Positions 55,916 to 64,000 of a DNA stretch of 64,000 bases are shown here, piece by piece (positions within the stretch are counted from its first letter, which is position 1; every line of letters begins with the position of its first letter). Location: positions 672,001-736,000 of the forward strand of contig CAWGJT010000006.1 of the NCBI GenBank assembly GCA_963822965.1, in the 5' to 3' direction. The notes under the pieces are model-generated. The model saw nothing but the letters and a program-made list of their open reading frames with translations, was not told where the DNA came from and searched no databases. This stretch comes from an uncultured delta proteobacterium (GTDB lineage: Bacteria > Myxococcota_A > UBA9160 > UBA4427). The position numbers and the translations under genes are program-made.

Positions 55916-56786
55916 GCCCCAGCTCTCCCACCTGGGACCGGAGTCCTGGCTGGTGCTCGGGGCCGTTCTCGCGCTCGCGCTCCATGCGAGGGGCTGGAGA
56001 GTGCTCCACCGCCTCCGGCCGGAGCGCTACCCGGTGTGGCGGCTCGTGTCCTTCTGCGCCGGCGTCGCGACGGTGTTGATCGCGCTGCTCTCGCCGCTCG
56101 ATGCCCTCGCCGACCGGCTGCTCTCGGCCCACATGGCCCAGCACCTGCTGCTGATGATGATCGCGCCACCGCTCGTCTGGCTCGGTGATCCCCTGGCGCC
56201 GGCTCTGTGCGGCCTGCCCGAGCGCCTGTGCCGCCGGGTCATCGCCCCGCTTCTCGCGCGGTCGTCCCTGCGCGCTCTCGGCCGCGGGCTCACGCGACCG
56301 GCCGTCTGCTGGATCGGCTTCGTCGTCGTGACGGTGCTCTGGCACCTGCCGGTGCTCTACCAGGCGGCGCTGCGCTCCGAGCCCCTCCACGACTTCGAGC
56401 ATGTCTGCTTCCTGACCGCCGGGCTGCTCTTCTGGTGGCCGGTGCTGACGCCCTGGCCCGCGCTTCCGCGGCCCTGGGTCGCGCTGCCCTACCTGGTGCT
56501 CGCCGCTCTCGAGAACACGCTGTTCTCGGCGGTCTTCACCTTCTCGGACCACCTGCTGTACCCGATCTACGCCGGCCGCGCCCCGGCCTTCGGGCTGACT
56601 CCCCTGGCCGACCAGGCGCTGGCGGGAGCCGTGATGTGGGTGCCCGGGTCCCTGGCCATGCTGATCCCGGTGGTCGTGCGGGTGGCACGCCTGCTCGACC
56701 CGCAGCCTCCTCTCGGCGTGCGCCGCGCCTCCACGGCGATCCGGCCGCAGAAGCTGCAGAGATCGTGGCCGTCCGGCGATGGATGA
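55899..56786 (+). CDS. ctaG: CtaG-family caa3 oxidase assembly protein (3' end possibly truncated)
   Basis: SPLD, SAHMAQHLLL, WHLP, HDFEH, DQALAGAVMWVPG. Confidence 0.88.
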   Translation: MPLAVEPQLSHLGPESWLVLGAVLALALHARGWRVLHRLRPERYPVWRLVSFCAGVATVLIALLSPLDALADRLLSAHMAQHLLLMMIAPPLVWLGDPLAPALCGLPERLCRRVIAPLLARSSLRALGRGLTRPAVCWIGFVVVTVLWHLPVLYQAALRSEPLHDFEHVCFLTAGLLFWWPVLTPWPALPRPWVALPYLVLAALENTLFSAVFTFSDHLLYPIYAGRAPAFGLTPLADQALAGAVMWVPGSLAMLIPVVVRVARLLDPQPPLGVRRASTAIRPQKLQRSWPSGDG

Positions 56787-57022
56787 GCGAGCCGGTCGGG
56801 ATCTCGCCTGCGTCGTGGGCTCGCGCGATCCCGGATCACTTCCTGGAAGCGGTCCGCGAAGCCCCGGTGGTGTGACGACCGGAGTCGTCGAACAGCTCGT
56901 CTCTCCCGTCGCGTTCGGCGATGGCCAGGCCGATCTCGCGCAGCTCGTCCCAGATGCCGCCGGGCACGGTGTAGCGGTCGCGATTCTCGATCGCGTCGAG
57001 GTGGTCGGCGACGTCCTCGGGC

Positions 57023-57588
57023 TGCACGAAACACTCGATTTCCTCCAACGCGGTGACAACGTCCTGCTGCGCGGCCAGACCGGCGTCGGCAAGACAACAC
57101 TCGCGCAAAACCTCGGCCTGCGCTCGCTCGCTCTCGGTCGTTCCGTACGCTTCTGCACCTTGCCCGCCGCACTGGCCGACCTCATGCGACAGGAGTCGCT
57201 GCCCGCAACCGAGCGACGCCTCAAGCGTTACGCCCAGCCAGACCTTCTCACTCTCGACGAGCTCGGATACGTCCCCTGCGACGTCCGCGCTGCTGACCTG
57301 CTCTTCCACATCATCAGCCGAAGGCACGAACACCGATCCGTCATCATCACCACCAATCTCGCTTCAAGCACTGGCCCACCGTCTTCGGCGATGCCCCCTG
57401 CCTCAGCGCGCTCGTCGACCGCTTCGCTCAACACTGCCACGTCATCGACGTCGACGCCGACTCCTGGCGCGACAAGCAGAGACAACAGCGCCAGCGACGA
57501 CAAACCGAAAAGACACGAAGCCCTAAGCTATGAGCTCATCCCACCGGGATTTGCGCCCGATTCCCGTGGATCCCGGTGGCCGACAACA
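57023..57588 (+). mobile_element. istB: IS21-family remnant: 3' part of istB (frameshifted) plus right end
   Basis: NVLLRGQTGVGKT, LDELGY, SVIITTNL, DRFAQH...DSWR; ends ...GGCCGACAACA. Confidence 0.85.
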
Positions 57589-57685
57589 CGAGATTGCGGT
57601 CGGCCTTCTCGAGCAGCTCGAAGGCCAGACCCAGCTCGGCCTCGGTGACCTTCTGGCGGAAGTAGTAGTCGAGACGGTCTGCCAT
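57589..57685 (-). pseudogene. 5' fragment of a putative prophage tail gene, cut by the IS21 end
   Basis: [32 protein letters not shown], recalled as typical of the gene following the tail gene in myxobacterial prophages. Confidence 0.55.
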
Positions 57686-57816
57686 GCGCTGCCCTCGGGA
57701 GAAGGGTCTCCACAGGGGCAAAGCGCCGGAGGGGCCGGACGGGGACAGGGCCCTTCCCTGCGTCCGCTGGGCGACGCTCGGGTTACGACAGGTTCCAATC
57801 CTCAACCCAAACTGGG

Positions 57817-58449
57817 ATGATGGGAGCGATGAACGCCAACCTGCTTGTGCTACTTGGCGTGGCCACGACTGTTTCTTTTGCCGCGGTGGTCGTCGTCGAA
57901 GGGGCCCGTCGCCCTGGGTACAGCCCGCTCTATCACACGGGGAGCGAGCTGGAACTCGGCCCGGGAGGTTGGATCCAGCGCGGCAACTTCGTGCTCATGG
58001 CTGCCGGGATGTTCGCCTATGCCATCGGCCTCTACCGAGCGCTCGATACGTTGATAGGCGCGATTCTCCTGAGCGCCTTCGGGCTCGGTTGCCTCATCGC
58101 CGGCGCATTCCCGCCGGATCCGGTGCGCGGCTATCCGCCTGGCGCTCCGCGTCAAGCCCCGGCCGAGGGGCTGAGCTGGCGAGCCAAGGTGCACGACATT
58201 GCCGGCCCGTTGATGTTCCTAGCGTTGTTCGGCGCAGCCCTGGCAATTGCCGCACGCCTATCTGGCCTATGGCGCGCCTACAGCGTCGTGACTGCGGTGG
58301 TCGGCTTTGGGATGATGGCATGGACCGCGCTTGCTTACCGAAGAGACGCGGCCAATACCGGCCTGGTGCAGCGAGGCCTGATCGCCGTGTACTGGGTCTG
58401 GATCGTTGCCCTCGGAATCCGCCTGGCAACCATCTCACAAACGATTTGA
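57817..58449 (+). CDS. DUF998 family membrane protein
   Basis: RPGYSPL.H..SEL.LG..GWIQ, FPPDP..GYPPG, GLVQR. Confidence 0.8.
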   Translation: MMGAMNANLLVLLGVATTVSFAAVVVVEGARRPGYSPLYHTGSELELGPGGWIQRGNFVLMAAGMFAYAIGLYRALDTLIGAILLSAFGLGCLIAGAFPPDPVRGYPPGAPRQAPAEGLSWRAKVHDIAGPLMFLALFGAALAIAARLSGLWRAYSVVTAVVGFGMMAWTALAYRRDAANTGLVQRGLIAVYWVWIVALGIRLATISQTI

Positions 58450-58459
58450 GGTTCGGCCG

Positions 58460-58839
58460 TCAGTGCAGCTCGGTGGTCACGCCCAGCTCGCTGGAGCCCA
58501 GCTCCCAGTGGTCGATGAAGGCAGGCGGCGATGGCTCGACGAGGTCGACGAAGTGCGTGTGGGCCGGCTTGAGGTAGTCGACGATGGCGCGGATCTGGCT
58601 CCGCTCGGTGACGCTGAGGGGAATGTCGACGTCGAAGGCGTAGCGGGCGAACTGGTCCGAGGGGCCCAGCTCCCAGTCGACGCCCAGCTCGGACTCGCCG
58701 AGCACCATGGTGGTCCCGTTGAATGGCGTGATGGCGGTGGTGTCGATGCCGAGGAAGAAACGGATGGCGTTCTCGATGCCGACGGCCGTGCCTTTCTGTC
58801 GGTACATCTCCACCAGCACGGAGGCCAGGCGCCGCTTGT
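58460..58839 (-). pseudogene. 3' fragment of a phage tail (P2 gpI-like) protein
   Basis: [36 protein letters not shown]; 5' end cut by the 84-bp element. Confidence 0.75.
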
Positions 58840-58923
58840 GAGCATAGGGCGGATGAGCCGGGTTTCCGCCTCAGGTCCGGGTAGGGACGTTATGTCAATC
58901 CCCCAGAGGGGCCCGGCGGCGGG
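58840..58923 (-). mobile_element. 84-bp junction element, copy 4
   Basis: Identical to copy 1. Confidence 0.9.
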
Positions 58924-59536
58924 CGTCTCGGCATGTCGCCACGACGAGCACTCGCGAGGACGGCAGCTCGTGCGCCAGGAACTCGAGCAGCCGCAGCGAC
59001 GAGTCGTCCGCCCAGTGCAGGTCGTCGAGCACCAGCACGACGGTGCGCTCGCGCGACATCGCCACGAAGGAGCTCGTCACCGCGTCGAAGAACCGGAAGC
59101 GCTGCTGCTCGGGCTCGATCTCCCGCCGGTGGCGCGCGGCGTCCGCATCGACCGCACCGCTCGCTTCGAGGCGCTGTGCGATCTCGGGGACCACCGCGGC
59201 GACGTCGTCCGCGCCGGCGCCCAGCACGTCCGCGAGCGTGGCCGGCGGAACCTCGGCGGCATAGGAGCGGAGGATCTGGACCCACGGCCAGTAGGCCGGC
59301 TCCTGGTCTCCCTCGAGAGAGCGCCCGAAGAGCACCAGCGCGCCGGCCTCGCGCGCTTCCGCCGAGAGCTCCTCGGCGAGGCGCGTCTTGCCGATGCCCG
59401 GCTCACCGAGCAGGACCAGGAGCTGCGGGCGCCCGGCTTGCGCGCGTTCGAGCGCAGTTCGCGCGCGGACCATCTCGTCGTCGCGGCCGAGCAGCGGATC
59501 CCGAGCCGTGCTCCCGGGGGGATCGGCCGGCGACAT
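58924..59536 (-). pseudogene. 5' fragment of an AAA_16/STAND-like ATPase
   Basis: LLGRDDE, GEPGIGKTRL, PAYWPW, LDDLHWAD, VVATCRD, then cut by the element. Confidence 0.85.
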
Positions 59537-59605
59537 CCGCGCGGGCGCGCTACCTAATCGCGCTCGCGTAACGCCCGGAGCCATCATGAAGAGCCAGAAG
59601 CCCGG

Positions 59606-61027
59606 TCAGCAGATCCTGACCGTCAAGAACCTGAAGCGGAAGTTCGGCCTCAGCCAGCCCGCCTTCGACCTCGACGACCTGCTCGAGACGGTCGGCTCGA
59701 TCGTCGGAAGGCCCAAGGAGCCGGCCGGGATCGTCCAGCGCAAGATCCTCGAGCACGGGTGGGCCGGGCCTCGCAAGTCCCGACCCGGCTGCAGCGCCTG
59801 GCTGGCGCGCCATGCGCGCCCCTCCCACCAGCAGCTGAAGGTCGTGATCGCGTAGAGCAGCTTGCCGCGATCGGCGTGGCCCTGGCGGTGATCTTCGAAC
59901 AGCCGATCCACGGCCTTCGGATCGAGCCAGCCCTGCTCTGCGATCCCGCTGTCGTGCCAGGCCTCGAGCGCGAAGCCGGCGAAGTCGCCCAGGAACCAGT
60001 CGGCGACCGGTATCTGGAATCCCTGCTTGCGTCGCTCCAGATGCCCGTCGGGGAGCCAGGGCCGGGTGGCCTCGCGCAGCACGTGCTTGCCGCGCCCCTT
60101 CGCCTTCATGCCCACCGGCACCGTGAGGCTCCAGTCGACGAAGCAATGCGAGAGGAAAGGCACCCGGGCCTCCAACGAGTGGGCCATGCTCGTGCGATCG
60201 AGTCGTGGCAGGAGGGCGCTGGGCATGTGGACCGTCAGGTCGCCGAGCATGAACTGCTCGAGCATGCTGGCGTTGCTCCACGCGGGGTCGCCGAAGTACT
60301 CGGCCTCGAGCGCCTCGATGGAGCGCCGGTTGCGACTCGAGAAGTCCTGGCAGAAGAGGCGGTCCTGGAGGCCGTTCGAGCCGAGCTGCGTTCCCGCGAT
60401 GAAGCGCTGGAAGCCCGACGCCAGGCGCGCCGAGTCGCGGATCGGATCGATCCGCTGCCGCACGCGGTTCCATCGCCGCGAGGACGTCACCGGTACCCGA
60501 CTGGCGAGCGACGCGACCGGACCCACCGCCCGGATCAGCGGCCTCCACCGGGCCATCCGCCGGGCGTTGTGCTGTCTCTTGTAGCCCGCGAAGATCTCGT
60601 CGCCGCCTTCGCCGCAGAGAACGACCTTCACGTGCTCGGCCGCGAGCTTCGAGGCGTACCAGCACGGAACCACCGCGGTCGTCCCGAGCGGCTGGCCGAG
60701 CCCGCGCTGGATCTCCGGGACCACGTCCCGGGCGCGCCCCAGCTCGACGGGCAGCACGACGTGGTCGCATCCGACGTGCCGAGCGACCGCCCGGGCCGGC
60801 TCCGTCTCGTCGATCGGGCTTCCGGGGAATCCGACCGTGAAGGCGGTGATGCGCCGGTTGGTCTGCCGCGTCATCGCCGCCGTGATCGCCGAGGAGTCCA
60901 CACCTCCGGACAGGAACGAGCCGACGGGCACGTCCGAGAGCAGGTGGCTGCGAACCGTGTCCAGCACCCGCGCTCGCGTCTTCTCGATCCAGTCGGCCTC
61001 CGAGACTGCATGGGGGGCTCCCTTCAC
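59606..61027 (-). pseudogene. asnB: Asparagine synthase (glutamine-hydrolysing) C-terminal domain only
   Basis: SDVPVGSFLSGGVDSS, GEGGDEIFAGY, DRTSMAHSLEARVPFL, KQGF; N-terminal glutaminase domain absent. Confidence 0.82.
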
Positions 61028-61131
61028 GAGTTCGATCCTTCATCGGGACGACGCGAAGGGAGCTTGACGGGGCGGCCCTGTGATCCGGCGCACGCCGAGG
61101 GTCGGATCGCTGCTCGCCTCGAAGTGATCCG

Positions 61132-63120
61132 TCAGCGGGAGCGGCGTCGCGTCGCTCGCCACAGGATCGCGAGGAGCAGGCCGGTGCCGGCACAGACGGC
61201 CCACATGCCCCCGACCAGCTGGCGGGGCGGCAGGCCCGGGTGCTCGATCTTCGCCCGGCTCACCCCGTTCACCGACATCACGTAGGCCTCGATGTCGGCG
61301 ATCTCGGCCTGGGTGAGGGTCTCGCCGTCACCGAAGTCCGGCATCGACATCAAGGGGCTCGGGCCCGCGGGATGGCCGCCGTGCTGGAGGAAGCGGTCGA
61401 GGTTCGCCGCGAACGCGTCCGGATCCCGCGAGAAGAGCGCGCGCGACACCGGGCGCAGAGCGGGGACCGCGCCCGCATCGGAGCCGGGGTTCGCCACCCC
61501 GCCGCGACCGGCCGACCCGTGACAGGTGGTGCAGTTCGTGGCGAAGAGCGTCGCGCCGTGGTGCGAGCTGCCCACGATGCGAGCCGCCGGCCCCGGCGGA
61601 CCGGGGCTCGGCTGCGCCGGCGCCGCGGGCTGCGTGGCAGGCTGCGTGGAAGTGGGCGCCGCGGGCTGCCCAGAGCTCGTCGGTCCGGAGGCAGCGGGCG
61701 CGGCGCCAGTGGGCTTGGCGGGCTCGCCGCGCCGACTCGACAGGTACGCCACCAGCTCCGCGACCTCCTTGTTCGAGAGCGACGAGAAGGCGGGCATGGG
61801 CGAGTTCGGGAAGTGCCGGGTGGGATCGAGGATCTGCGTCTTCAGCCAGGCCCGGCCGCGCCCACGGGCGCCCTCGTCGGAGAGATCGGGCCCCACCGTT
61901 CCGCCCGTGCCGTCCACCCGGTGGCATCCGATGCAGCCGGACTTCTGGAAGAGTGCCGCGCCGGCCTGGGCGGGGGGCGAGAGGGGCGGGGCTCGTCGGG
62001 CCGCCGTGTCGGCCGCCACGCCCGGGGCCGGGCTCGTGACCGGCGGCGGCTGGTTCGACCGCGCGGCCGACGTTCCCTGCCGGTGGTAGCCCGCCACGGT
62101 GAGCGCGATCAGGCTCGCCAGGACCAGCACGAGCCCGGCCATCGCGAACGGCCGGCGGTTGGGCGCGCGCTCGGCGCCTCGGTCCACGAACGGGAGCGCG
62201 GCCAAGAGCAGGATGCCGAGGAGCGGGATTCCCACCGTGCCGGCAGCCTCCAGGGGGCCCGGCAGGAGCTGCAGCGCCTTGTAGAGGAACACGAAGTTCC
62301 ACTCGGGCATCGGCACGTAGCTCGTGTCCAGGGGATCCGCGGGGCCGGAGATCGGCGGCGGGGCGAAGGCCGACAGCGTGACGAGCAGCAGGAAGATCCC
62401 CGTCGCCAGCACCAGGTCGCGCACGACCTGGTCGGGCCAGAAGGGGTCGCTCGAACGGCGTCGGGCCTCTCCCCACGAGCCCGCGCTCCCGGCCACGCGG
62501 AAGGCGGCGAGGTGCACCAGCACGAGGCCGGCGAGCGCCGCCGGCAGGATCGCCACGTGCAGCACGAACATTCGCGAGAGCGTGAGCTGCCCCATCGCCC
62601 CGCCTCCGCGCAGCACCCGCTCGAGCGCGGCCCCCACCACGGGCATGGTGCCCGCGATGCTCGTCCCGACCTCGCCGGCCCAGTAGCCGCGCTCGTCCCA
62701 GGGCAGGGGCGCGCCCGTGAACATGAGGCCGGAGGCCAGCACGAAGAGCGCCACGCCGGCCAGCCAGACAAGCTCGCGCGGGCGCTTGTAGGCCGCCCAC
62801 ACGAACACCCGCACCATGTGGAGGCCGATCAGCAGCATCATCGCGTTGGCGCCCCAGTAGTGCAGGCCGTGGACGAGCCAGCCGAAGGTCACCTCGGTCC
62901 GCAGGTACATGAGGCTGTCGTAGGCGTGGTCCACGGTCGGGACGTAGTAGAAGAGCTGGAGGCAGCCCGTCGCCACCTGGAGGAGGAAGAGGAAGAGCGT
63001 GGCGCTGCCGAGCGCATAGGAGAAGCCGGCGCCGCCGGGAATCTCCTCCCCGGTGCCGAGGCGCAGGACCGCGCTCAGCGGGAAGCGCGCATCGATCCAA
63101 CGGATCCAGGAGCTGCGCAC
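61132..63120 (-). CDS. Cytochrome b fused to two cytochrome c domains
   Basis: HYWGAN..H, PRELVW, LH..H, Qo motif PEWN, CIGCH, CTTCH, Pro/Ala linkers. Confidence 0.9.
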   Translation of the reverse strand: MRSSWIRWIDARFPLSAVLRLGTGEEIPGGAGFSYALGSATLFLFLLQVATGCLQLFYYVPTVDHAYDSLMYLRTEVTFGWLVHGLHYWGANAMMLLIGLHMVRVFVWAAYKRPRELVWLAGVALFVLASGLMFTGAPLPWDERGYWAGEVGTSIAGTMPVVGAALERVLRGGGAMGQLTLSRMFVLHVAILPAALAGLVLVHLAAFRVAGSAGSWGEARRRSSDPFWPDQVVRDLVLATGIFLLLVTLSAFAPPPISGPADPLDTSYVPMPEWNFVFLYKALQLLPGPLEAAGTVGIPLLGILLLAALPFVDRGAERAPNRRPFAMAGLVLVLASLIALTVAGYHRQGTSAARSNQPPPVTSPAPGVAADTAARRAPPLSPPAQAGAALFQKSGCIGCHRVDGTGGTVGPDLSDEGARGRGRAWLKTQILDPTRHFPNSPMPAFSSLSNKEVAELVAYLSSRRGEPAKPTGAAPAASGPTSSGQPAAPTSTQPATQPAAPAQPSPGPPGPAARIVGSSHHGATLFATNCTTCHGSAGRGGVANPGSDAGAVPALRPVSRALFSRDPDAFAANLDRFLQHGGHPAGPSPLMSMPDFGDGETLTQAEIADIEAYVMSVNGVSRAKIEHPGLPPRQLVGGMWAVCAGTGLLLAILWRATRRRSR

Positions 63121-63123
63121 CCG

Positions 63124-63645
63124 CTAGACCGGCTTCTTCTCGGGGACACCGAGCTCGAAGCGCTCCCACTCGACGCGCAGCTCGTCGCCTTCGATGCGGA
63201 TGGGGAGCGTGTCGAGCGGACGCGGCGCCGGCCCTCCCAGCACGGTGCCGTCGAGGGCGAAGACGCTGTGGTGGCACGGGCAGTAGAAGTGCCCCGCGGC
63301 CGCCACCCACTCGTAGCGGCATCCCAGGTGAGGGCAGATCGGCGAGAAGACCGTGACGTCGCCGCCGGAATCCCTCACCACCCACACGTTGCGGGTCACC
63401 GTCTGCGCGAGGTAGGCGTCGGTCGTGTGGTCGCGGTAGCTCAGCTCCACGGGCTTTCCGGTGGGAATCCCGGTCACCCTCCCCACCCGCGCGAAGCGGC
63501 GACGGAGACGGCGGAACGAGGGCCCCACCACGGAGCCGAACAGCGGGACGGCGAGGAGAGCGCCCAGGAGCGAGGCCAGAACTCCAGAGGCCAGCGCGAG
63601 GAAGCGCCTCCGACCGGTTCCGACCTCGTCCGTTGCGTCCGTCAT
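63124..63645 (-). CDS. Rieske 2Fe-2S subunit
   Basis: RRRFL Tat signal, CPHLGC, CPCHHS, GPAPRPL; AGGAGG RBS. Confidence 0.93.
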   Translation of the reverse strand: MTDATDEVGTGRRRFLALASGVLASLLGALLAVPLFGSVVGPSFRRLRRRFARVGRVTGIPTGKPVELSYRDHTTDAYLAQTVTRNVWVVRDSGGDVTVFSPICPHLGCRYEWVAAAGHFYCPCHHSVFALDGTVLGGPAPRPLDTLPIRIEGDELRVEWERFELGVPEKKPV

Positions 63646-63657
63646 CCGCCTCCTGGA

Positions 63658-63741
63658 GAGCATAGGGCGGATGAGCCGGGTTTCCGCCTCAGGTCCGGGT
63701 AGGGGCCTTATGTCAATCCCCCAGAGGGGCCCGGCGGCGGG
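63658..63741 (-). mobile_element. 84-bp junction element, copy 5 (2 substitutions)
   Basis: GGGGCC in place of GGGACG; otherwise identical. Confidence 0.9.
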
Positions 63742-63752
63742 GCCTCTCAGCG

Positions 63753-64000
63753 TCAGGCAGCAACATCGTCGTGGTCTGCGCAGCGATTCACCTCCACCGT
63801 CACGTGCACAAGCTCGGGTCGATGCGCCAGCAGCTTCTTGAACTGGTCCGGAGGACAAGGCTCGTCGCTGACCACAGAAGCAACGACTGCGAGTCTACCA
63901 GGGCCAAGTGGCCAGACGTGGAGGTCAGAAACAGAATCTCCTGCCCGCCGACTCTCTAGCGCTTCACAAATAGAATCGAACGTCTCGGTCGGAACTGAGC
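63753..64000 (-). CDS. C-terminus of a CDF-family cation efflux transporter (DmeF-like), runs off the window
   Basis: Manual translation: SDLHVWPLGPG...SVVSDEP.PPDQFK.LL....LVHVTVEVNRC. Confidence 0.75.
   Translation of the reverse strand, partial: SVPTETFDSICEALESRRAGDSVSDLHVWPLGPGRLAVVASVVSDEPCPPDQFKKLLAHRPELVHVTVEVNRCADHDDVAA

Noticed and set aside
56779..57648. Functional IS21 element
   Set aside because: No istA or left end; istB is 5'-truncated and frameshifted.

Overview
GC-rich bacterial DNA; gene content suggests a Myxococcota-like or related lineage (inference). Bases 1 to about 17,700 look like ordinary chromosome: a frameshift-ridden purL-purB pair (probably sequencing errors) followed by catabolic, redox and signalling genes. 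From about 17.7 kb to the end the window is a patchwork of unrelated blocks about 0.07-8 kb long. Many blocks begin or end inside genes: a CD-NTase, a DUF499 ATPase, a YugP-like peptidase, an FGE-sulfatase-domain protein, a resolvase, DUF202, IstB, two phage tail genes, a STAND-like ATPase and asparagine synthase. Apparently intact cargo lies between them, including a caa3 oxidase/Rieske-cytochrome b operon, a second Rieske-cytochrome b pair and several secreted proteins with C-terminal sorting signals. The main signal is an 84-bp non-coding element present five times, always in the same orientation (19887, 28275, 46652 partial, 58840, 63658). It has sharp ends, no terminal inverted repeats and no target duplication, and it sits at junctions between unrelated DNA. 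Its 3' end (minus strand, ...CCCTATGCTC) resembles the oriIS end of IS91/ISCR rolling-circle elements, but no transposase is present in the window. Working hypothesis: a non-autonomous rolling-circle mini-element that captures and shuffles gene fragments, as Helitrons do. Chimeric assembly is the main alternative and must be excluded with reads.
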